The notes under the pieces are model-generated. The model worked only from the letters and a program-made list of their open reading frames with translations. It was not told where the DNA came from and made no database searches. The position numbers and the translations under genes were made by a program. Shown here piece by piece: positions 57,415-64,000 of a stretch of 64,000 nucleotides of DNA. The stretch comes from an uncultured virus (IMG/VR IMGVR_UViG_3300002125_000001) (lineage: Duplodnaviria > Heunggongvirae > Uroviricota > Caudoviricetes), in the IMG/VR virus record IMGVR_UViG_3300002125_000001, one strand, 5' to 3'. Position 1 is the first letter of the stretch. Each line of letters opens with the position of its first letter.

Positions 57415-58952
57415 TTTACAATGCGGTACAACAGCGGGTCAAATTCGGTGTGTTTCTTCTGTATACGCAAAATATCGTCATCTTCAATCCAAACGGCGGC
57501 GTTGAGTTTCTTTTTTGCAGCCGTCATCCCGTTTTTATCATGCGGGTTCGATCCCGGCTTCACCTCGTACAACGTGCCAGTCCGCTCGTCAAGGAAATCG
57601 GGGAACCAACGGCGGCAAACGCCATCATCGGTAACGTAGCCGATAAAAACATTGTCCGACCGGTAAAGCCGCTTCAAATGCGGGTTATCGTAATGGAAAA
57701 GCAACTCCCACGACGAATCGTAATGAACGCCGTCGCGGACGTACTTCGCCGAACACAGCGGGCATTTCGTCTTACTATAGTATAGCTGGCTAGGCTTCAC
57801 TGTCCAGATTTGGTTATGCCGCCCGCACAAAAAAGTAGTACGGCGCGTAAAACCGTCCCATTCTCCGTGCAACGAAATCTGCACATCATAGCCCGCCAGC
57901 CACTCCAAAAACGCCTCTTTCGGCCACGGGACCAACCCGGCGCATTTCGGGCATCCGTTGGGTTTGCAACCTTTTTTGCCGATAATAACGCTTCTTGCAG
58001 ACGTTGTCCATTCGTATCCGTCTATTCGGCACCTAAACCGTGCGGGCTTCCTTAAAAACTGAAAATCGCCGACCAGCTCTATATTGGGGTTCACGACGGC
58101 CAGTTTCGCCACAAACATCTCTTCCGTCCAACGCTCTTGACGCGAACAACGCGGACAGCATTTATCACGCGGTCTCGCGGCCACAAAATTACACGGCTTA
58201 GCCGACCATCGACCATCCGCCCCGTACCCGCACACGTTGCACCGAACGGCAATCCGAGTCGTTATATTGACAAACGGGGACATACGGACGATATGCGGGA
58301 AACGTTTCGCCATCAGCGCATCAAACGATTCCTGCGTGTACCGCTCCCGTTTGGAACAACGCGGGCACCCAAACCCATTCAAAACATCGGCAAGATGCGG
58401 ATGCCATTCATAGCCACAGCCATCTACCAAACAACGAAAATGCGTTTTTTCTTTTTTCTTTGTGAAACCGCCGACCATCTCCAACAAACGACCCTGTTCT
58501 CGGAGCTGCGCATTCACTTTCTCAGGCCCCCAATCGTCGCCGAGCATCGTAGCCACCCGCTTCTTTGAACGGCGGGCCGACTCCTCCTTGTCTTTCAACA
58601 GATGGGCTACGCCGTACCGCTTCAAATGGGTAGCTCGGGACGACTCGACAACCGCAGAAACGTCTTTTTCAACGCCCAACTCTAACAACCTCATCCCAAC
58701 CGCACGACGACAACAGCCATAAAATTCGGCAATCTCCTCTTGCGTCTTATTCTCCACCAAATAAAGACGACACAACTCCTCTTTCGTCGCCTGCGCTACC
58801 CGGGACGACTCTTTTTTTATGCCGTATTTCCTGCAATAATTATTGACTGTCTGCAAGCTACACCCAAGACGCCTCGCAACCTCTTCCTTCACAAGGTCCT
58901 GGACAATGTATAAATCAACCAGCTGCTCTTTAGAAAAACCTAACGATCTCAT
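57411..58952 (-). CDS. free-standing homing-type endonuclease (HTH + Zn-ribbon repeats + PD-(D/E)XK)
   Basis: Two N-terminal HTH-like repeats, four C..CGxEW...GCPxC-type repeats, C-terminal YDSSWE...WFPDFLD....LYEVKP. Confidence 0.75.
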   Translation of the reverse strand: MRSLGFSKEQLVDLYIVQDLVKEEVARRLGCSLQTVNNYCRKYGIKKESSRVAQATKEELCRLYLVENKTQEEIAEFYGCCRRAVGMRLLELGVEKDVSAVVESSRATHLKRYGVAHLLKDKEESARRSKKRVATMLGDDWGPEKVNAQLREQGRLLEMVGGFTKKKEKTHFRCLVDGCGYEWHPHLADVLNGFGCPRCSKRERYTQESFDALMAKRFPHIVRMSPFVNITTRIAVRCNVCGYGADGRWSAKPCNFVAARPRDKCCPRCSRQERWTEEMFVAKLAVVNPNIELVGDFQFLRKPARFRCRIDGYEWTTSARSVIIGKKGCKPNGCPKCAGLVPWPKEAFLEWLAGYDVQISLHGEWDGFTRRTTFLCGRHNQIWTVKPSQLYYSKTKCPLCSAKYVRDGVHYDSSWELLFHYDNPHLKRLYRSDNVFIGYVTDDGVCRRWFPDFLDERTGTLYEVKPGSNPHDKNGMTAAKKKLNAAVWIEDDDILRIQKKHTEFDPLLYRIVK

Positions 58953-59030
58953 AACGATTACATCTCAAAGAAAAACAAAATCGGAGCGCAGACCAAGTAT
59001 GCCAGAAAGACAAAAGAAATCAAGAAAGAC

Positions 59031-59064
59031 AAAAGAAAGGGGGCTGACAATCCGTCAGCCCCCT
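59031..59064 (-). terminator. intrinsic terminator after the major capsid gene
   Basis: AGGGGGCTGAC-loop-GTCAGCCCCCT stem followed by a U-rich tract on the minus strand. Confidence 0.75.
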
Positions 59065-59095
59065 CAAACTCAGCATAACGTTTCGAGGATTATGC

Positions 59096-60247
59096 CTAAA
59101 TAACGGGCTTCGGCGCAGACAATCTCGCGTGCAAGATACCTGCCCTTCCGTAAAAGTCCGATTTAAGACGAGGCAACAAAATGCAGATTACCTTGAAGTG
59201 GATTTCAAATCCTCCTTCTGTTTGCCACTGGACGGTGGTGATATCCATACCGGTAACGGCTTGGATGGTATTCTGGTCGAGTTCGATCATGACGAAAGTT
59301 CCGTAGGGTAGGAACTCGGAGCAATTGATCGACTTGATTTCTTTGATCTTTTCCAACCGTTCTCGGAGCGTAATAGTGCTCGTTTGCCCGGCGGTATGAT
59401 CGTTATAATCATCGTCGAGGATTTGGTCAAAATCGGGGCTATGGTAGATAGCGAACGGTCCGTAGTGCCGGATGTCGTGCAGGTTCCGTCGAGCGTCGAG
59501 GATTTGCCTGTAGAGGATAGCTGGCGACCAATCGGGATCGCGTGATCCATCGACCCTTGCCCAGTTGGTAAAGACTTTTGTAAGTCTTTGCGGGTAGTTG
59601 CACACGCCGTAGACGTTTCCGCCTCCGAACTGGAAATCGGGTTCGACGCCGAGCGCGAGTCTTTCGACTTTTTCGGCGACCATCCGGGACGCCATACCTG
59701 CGGTGGTTACGTCGATGGGCATATTGGAGTTCCGGGAGACGGCGATTTGCCGTGCGCTGAAGCTGAAATCCTTGTGGATGATCGGCAACGGCATCTGATC
59801 CATGTCGTACATGGGCCGGTCCGCGTCCCCTTTGCGAAGCCCGTCCATACTGACGGTTGCGCCGGTGATATTGGATTGCCGTTCGTACTGCCACACGGTT
59901 TTCCCTAGCGCGTTTGGCAGGTTGACGTTAAGCCCGGCGGCTCGTAGGTCGTTGAAGAACCGGAGTCGTGGCATTGCTGCGGCGACGACGGTTTCGTCGA
60001 TCATAACCCAGTCATCCTTTCGGAGCGTAGCTGCGTTTGTGGTCTGCACGTTTTTGAGAACGGGCTTCCCGTCTTTCCAACCGATTTGTTGCGAGATGAG
60101 CGAGGTATGCCCGTCATCGTGCAGGAACGGTCGGATGCAGCGGGGGTCGAAGTTGTAGGTAAGCAACCGGGTGGCAACGTCGCCGGACCCGCCGATTAGA
60201 CTTGCGCCGTTCGTAATAGAAACGGGCATCGCGTTCAGATTTTGCAT
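59096..60247 (-). CDS. major capsid protein (HK97 fold, linocin/encapsulin-like family)
   Basis: NAATLRKDDW..IDETVV, SMDGL, PLPIIHKDFSFSARQI..SR, VAEKVE; AAGGA RBS, biased codon usage, strong terminator. Confidence 0.88.
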   Translation of the reverse strand: MQNLNAMPVSITNGASLIGGSGDVATRLLTYNFDPRCIRPFLHDDGHTSLISQQIGWKDGKPVLKNVQTTNAATLRKDDWVMIDETVVAAAMPRLRFFNDLRAAGLNVNLPNALGKTVWQYERQSNITGATVSMDGLRKGDADRPMYDMDQMPLPIIHKDFSFSARQIAVSRNSNMPIDVTTAGMASRMVAEKVERLALGVEPDFQFGGGNVYGVCNYPQRLTKVFTNWARVDGSRDPDWSPAILYRQILDARRNLHDIRHYGPFAIYHSPDFDQILDDDYNDHTAGQTSTITLRERLEKIKEIKSINCSEFLPYGTFVMIELDQNTIQAVTGMDITTVQWQTEGGFEIHFKVICILLPRLKSDFYGRAGILHARLSAPKPVI

Positions 60248-60428
60248 TGTTTATTCCTTTCGTAAAAGGAGTTATTGGCACCCGTACAAGATGCCCGTTT
60301 TTTCTATTCCGCACCCGGAAACATAGGGTTGGCGTGCGCCAACAGCGTATTAGTGAAACAGGTCTTGATTCCCCGTTAAAACTTTTGTAAAATGGGTTGG
60401 TTATTACCCTTAAACTTTTTTCAAACTA

Positions 60429-60647
60429 GTGGCAATGTACGAAACGATTATTTGCGAGCAGGCCAAAAAAATACTAGAGTATATGGCTCTTGAATCATTA
60501 GTGGTTTATTGTTGTGGTCATCCTGACAGGCTGTACACGGAACTACGTCATTTGGACAACTTGTCGGGTTGCAACCGTCATATTGACGATTACGACATCC
60601 CGCAATTGATCGCGGCGTTCAAACGAACGGTACGTTCAAGTGCGTAA
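60429..60647 (+). CDS. small hypothetical protein convergent with 60590..60844
   Basis: 72 aa; 3' overlap with a minus-strand ORF. Confidence 0.4.
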   Translation: MAMYETIICEQAKKILEYMALESLVVYCCGHPDRLYTELRHLDNLSGCNRHIDDYDIPQLIAAFKRTVRSSA

Positions 60648-60844
60648 CTGGCCTGATCGTTGTACAAATCCAATGTTTGTTTGAATTCTTGTTGCAACCT
60701 TTCGGCTGCTTGGTACAATTCTTCGTGGGACAATTCTTTCCCTTTTAGGTCGTCGATTTTCTGTTTGTAATCGTCGAGGAGCGGGATCATCTCGCCCGCG
60801 TAATACGGTTGTACGTATTCAAAAACTGGAGTAGTTGCGGGCAT
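60590..60844 (-). CDS. small helical hypothetical protein
   Basis: 84-aa ORF. Confidence 0.45.
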   Translation of the reverse strand: MPATTPVFEYVQPYYAGEMIPLLDDYKQKIDDLKGKELSHEELYQAAERLQQEFKQTLDLYNDQASYALERTVRLNAAINCGMS

Positions 60845-60926
60845 GGGTTTGTTTTCTTGTCGTATACACCAGTTTTTGCGGCATATTTGATAGTAGCCTT
60901 TTCCTGCCTGTTTCCCGATTCGATTT

Positions 60927-61340
60927 TTGGTAGAATCAAACGTTGTTTTATTGATTTTCTATTTTGTTTTTCCGATGCGTCCTAAAATACACGAGGCGAT
61001 GTTTCCCGAAAAAAAACCGGAAAGGACCGGTCCACGCCGGACACAATCGGAAATCGAGTTTTATAGGCAGCGGCACATGCCCGACAGTATCAAACGCGAT
61101 ATTTCGCATATTGGTTTGATTGACAAAGCATTAGTTGATATTAAGCAGGGGACATTCGAGTACCCTGAAAAAAAGTTGTTCGACGACCGCTACAAAACAA
61201 TTGATTATCTATTTGGACAACTATTGGATTTCGATTCTGAACCGCATGGCCATCCCGAATTCGCAGACTACATGGAGTACCTTGAAACGCCCGGATGGAC
61301 TCCTTACCGACGCCCAAAAAGGAAACGCAACAAAAAGTGA
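60927..61340 (+). CDS. convergent partner of leader ORF 61342..61773
   Basis: Stop codons abut tail-to-tail; probable start at MRPKIH (60975). Confidence 0.55.
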   Translation: MVESNVVLLIFYFVFPMRPKIHEAMFPEKKPERTGPRRTQSEIEFYRQRHMPDSIKRDISHIGLIDKALVDIKQGTFEYPEKKLFDDRYKTIDYLFGQLLDFDSEPHGHPEFADYMEYLETPGWTPYRRPKRKRNKK

Positions 61341-61341
61341 A

Positions 61342-61773
61342 CTATTCTTGTATTTCTCTTTTTTTATGGCCTTTTGATTTTTCTTTAGCACCGTACCAAA
61401 GTGGCGGTCCGTATGTTAGCGCATCTTCAAACGTATCCTCATAGCCCATTTTGTTGCCATCCAAATCTCTTCCCAACGCGATGCGCCCGAGTGCTTCTCC
61501 TTGTTTTTGTATATTTCTTTCTACGCCTTCCTCTATTTTCTTTTGCAATTCTGCGTTTACATCCTGTGCTTTCGCAAGCAATTTGGTTCTTTCTTTTTGG
61601 CTTGTTTCTCTATTAGCCGCCTCGGACAAACCTTCATATTTTCGTTCTAAAGGCTGTTCGCTTTGCGACCCGAAATTATCTGCGAACACGCTCATGGGCG
61701 ACCGCGTGGCCATTTGTTGGTTAGCTGTCGCCTGTAAATTTTCAAAAACTGAAATATCTGCGAGTTTTTGCAT
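61342..61773 (-). CDS. class A leader + unknown cargo
   Basis: MQKLADISVFENLQATANQQMATRSPMSVFADN. Confidence 0.75.
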   Translation of the reverse strand: MQKLADISVFENLQATANQQMATRSPMSVFADNFGSQSEQPLERKYEGLSEAANRETSQKERTKLLAKAQDVNAELQKKIEEGVERNIQKQGEALGRIALGRDLDGNKMGYEDTFEDALTYGPPLWYGAKEKSKGHKKREIQE

Positions 61774-61785
61774 CGTTTATTTCGA

Positions 61786-62193
61786 TCAAATCTGGCATTG
61801 GATCACGACCCTTTCGGACATGAAATCTGGCGGGTACTGTTTCTGTTCCCAACCGAGTTCTGCTATTGTCGATTGTGATACGATCCGTTTTGCGTTTTTC
61901 AACAAATTCGGATTTGCCTTTTCATCGGGCGTTAGCCCCTGTAGCGTCTCTTCGGTTCCCAGCATCACGAAACTCCCGACGACGAGCACGCGGTCGGGGA
62001 ACACCGTGTTTTGTTTTGCGTTTGTTTGTACGGTGTCGTCTTTTTGTATCTCTTCGGTTACGGTATCCCACCGGCATTTGATAACGACCGGTTCGGTGAA
62101 TATATCCTCGAACTGTTCGTCAACGCCGGTAAGTTTCCAATAGATACAATCGTCGGTCAGTGTAAGGTAATAAACAAACATCACAATCAACAA
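61786..62193 (-). CDS. putative head-closure/head-tail joining protein
   Basis: CIYWK..GVDEQF...FTEPVVIKCRW pattern typical of head-completion proteins. Confidence 0.65.
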   Translation of the reverse strand: MLIVMFVYYLTLTDDCIYWKLTGVDEQFEDIFTEPVVIKCRWDTVTEEIQKDDTVQTNAKQNTVFPDRVLVVGSFVMLGTEETLQGLTPDEKANPNLLKNAKRIVSQSTIAELGWEQKQYPPDFMSERVVIQCQI

Positions 62194-62216
62194 CTGCGCC
62201 GCTACTTTCTAATTCC

Positions 62217-62489
62217 CTACTTGAAATACAAATGGTCCTTACGGCTATCTTCGGACACGGTGTACAACCCGTTATCCTCGATCAATTCGTCTTGTCTCTT
62301 GGCCAGCGCGTTATAGTCGGGCCACCGGGTCGATTCTCGCAACGCGCCCGAAACGGCGTCCAGTTCGCATAAACTACACGAATCGCCCTTGTTTGCGTTG
62401 TATACATCCTGGAAGGAACTCATGGCATTTACACTGGTCCCTCCCACGAACGTATCGAAAAAATTAGTAATTGGTTGTCTATCGTTCAT
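62217..62489 (-). CDS. divergent leader (SVNAMSSFQDVYN) + short cargo
   Basis: MNDRQPITNFFDTF...VNAMSSFQDVYN. Confidence 0.55.
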   Translation of the reverse strand: MNDRQPITNFFDTFVGGTSVNAMSSFQDVYNANKGDSCSLCELDAVSGALRESTRWPDYNALAKRQDELIEDNGLYTVSEDSRKDHLYFK

Positions 62490-62500
62490 GGCTTTACTTG

Positions 62501-63913
62501 TTAGGTCCAGTTAATCATTGCCGGGTCCAGGTTAAGGAAATCAATCGCGTCCACTTCTGTCCACGTTTGTGGAGAACCCGGTGTGAATTTCCCTCCGGGG
62601 TAGAACTGGATATACCCGTAGGTACAGGTCCCTTCTTTGCCCGTTTCTGCACTTTTTGGGAATGCGTTGTATTCCATATTACAGGTGAAAGAGATAGGAG
62701 CGGTACTTGCCGTATCCACATTCAAACCGCCGAAAGAACCAAGAAACATTTTCTTAAACTGCCAATAGGCTTTCTGTACCTGGCACGCATAGAATACAGC
62801 CTCTCGGTAATCTTCCTCAAGAGCGTAATGCTCTCTTAATATAGGGTCGCCATCATGGGCCACTTGATCGGTTGAGGAACCGTAGCCTATTACTTTTTCA
62901 AGCGTATTAAGATTTCCGCCTTCTTTGCGTATTAAAGTACCGTGCACAATATCGCCACCGCCAATATAGATACGTGTAAAACGATCTACGCCCGGTAAAT
63001 GGTTCGTTAGGAACTCATTAAAATTACTGCCGTGTACGGTAGTTGCGATAGTGCAGTTTGTCGGCCCCACAACTCCGGATTGCCACCCGCCTGCGGCAGC
63101 CGAACACGAGTTTGCAAACGTAGCGATATCGGTAGAAAACGTGATATTTGCGGTTTGTAAACAAGTGCGAATCATCGAGTCCAGTAATGACGCCGATCCC
63201 CCCGCTTCTTCCGGCGATTTTTCGGATATAATCAACGCGCAATTCTTAGATGGCATGAGCAGATCGCACGGCGGCGTTGTCAAATCCCAAAAACCGGCAC
63301 CCGGCGGGGAACCTGGAACCACGGGGTCATTGAACGTATTATCCATCGCATCTGTAGCCTCAAACGGGACCAGTTCATCCCCATCCAACTGATAATCAGA
63401 TTGCCAACCCACGGACCAACTGATAGGTGTGGTCCCTTCGTAGCTGATATTGATAGCCACGTTATTGGCAAGCGCAGCGATCCTATAGACAGTACCGAGC
63501 CTACTGCCTACCTGGCTGTTGTTAGGCCCCACGTAGCCAAAGAATCGGAACCGTTGTCCGGGCGCAATCGGCGGTAAGCCGCCCAGCCCGTTGATAGTCC
63601 CGGTCGCCGAATGTAGACCTTTTACTTTTCCGGCGTAGCCTCGTGTATTGGACGCTTGGTACGATATGGTATTGATCGTATTTTCCAACGACCAACTGGT
63701 CATAGAAGACACCATCGTTCGCTTTATAGGACTGCCTTGACTGCTGGCGTCCACACCAGTCGGCCATGTTAAAAGCAACTCGGCACCTTTCTCCCAAAAC
63801 GCGGGTTCATTAGCTATAGGTTCCCAGGGGTTAGTCTTGTCCTGGTACCCATTCGAATCAAAACGCGGCAACGCTCTTTGCACGGCTCCGTAACGACCTG
63901 AAATAACTGCCAT
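62501..63913 (-). CDS. putative major tail (tube) protein with duplicated tube-like domains
   Basis: MAVISGRYGAV...MTSWSL...SNTRGY...GLHSATGTING, and a second ASNS..GGWQSGVVG..NCTI-like repeat; GGAG RBS. Confidence 0.6.
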   Translation of the reverse strand: MAVISGRYGAVQRALPRFDSNGYQDKTNPWEPIANEPAFWEKGAELLLTWPTGVDASSQGSPIKRTMVSSMTSWSLENTINTISYQASNTRGYAGKVKGLHSATGTINGLGGLPPIAPGQRFRFFGYVGPNNSQVGSRLGTVYRIAALANNVAINISYEGTTPISWSVGWQSDYQLDGDELVPFEATDAMDNTFNDPVVPGSPPGAGFWDLTTPPCDLLMPSKNCALIISEKSPEEAGGSASLLDSMIRTCLQTANITFSTDIATFANSCSAAAGGWQSGVVGPTNCTIATTVHGSNFNEFLTNHLPGVDRFTRIYIGGGDIVHGTLIRKEGGNLNTLEKVIGYGSSTDQVAHDGDPILREHYALEEDYREAVFYACQVQKAYWQFKKMFLGSFGGLNVDTASTAPISFTCNMEYNAFPKSAETGKEGTCTYGYIQFYPGGKFTPGSPQTWTEVDAIDFLNLDPAMINWT

Positions 63914-64000
63914 TTTATATTCTCCGATATTGTGTTTTTTGAAGTAGAAACGTAGCGCGTTTATTTCTGTTTTGCCTTATCTGCCTGACCGTCAGGTTGA

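Noticed and set aside
59096..60247. Encapsulin nanocompartment
   Set aside because: The shell protein is linocin-like, but the protease, adaptor, tail and tape measure context indicates a phage capsid.
29766..63913. Contractile injection system (eCIS/PVC or tailocin) as the carrier of the leader cargos
   Set aside because: No sheath or baseplate wedge genes were recognised and capsid genes are present; it cannot be fully excluded beyond the window.
1..64000. Stop-codon reassignment
   Set aside because: Multi-kilobase genes are intact under the standard code, and TAA, TAG and TGA all terminate well-packed genes.

Overview
The window is a segment of a large tailed-phage (or prophage) genome, almost entirely encoded on the minus strand. 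It holds a morphogenesis region: a probable tail tube protein, head-closure and adaptor proteins, an HK97-fold major capsid protein, a DUF2213-like prohead protease, two paralogous tail chaperones, a 2083-aa tape measure protein, three paralogous FN3-containing tail proteins and a 2416-aa Cys-rich tail protein. Accessory genes include RtcB next to a tRNA(CAT), an IbrA/IbrB-like pair, an HsdR_N nuclease, a Zn-ribbon homing-type endonuclease, an HD-domain protein and a Tad2/DUF2829-like protein. The most striking feature is a dispersed family of about 17 small ORFs, plus one internal and one degenerate copy. They share short conserved N-terminal leaders (MxKLADISxFExL / MRVVxSFNEL / MDSIPLFSQLQ, each ending in [SA]xF[NQ] and often VxN) fused to unrelated cargo domains. 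The cargos include a HigB/RelE-like toxin and a DUF4160-like domain, and many are followed by a partner gene. Leaders and cargos are visibly shuffled between copies. I interpret this, as inference only, as a polymorphic effector system of leader-tagged, probably capsid-packaged and protease-matured proteins with cognate immunity-like genes. Family assignments come from motif recognition by eye; no database searches were run.
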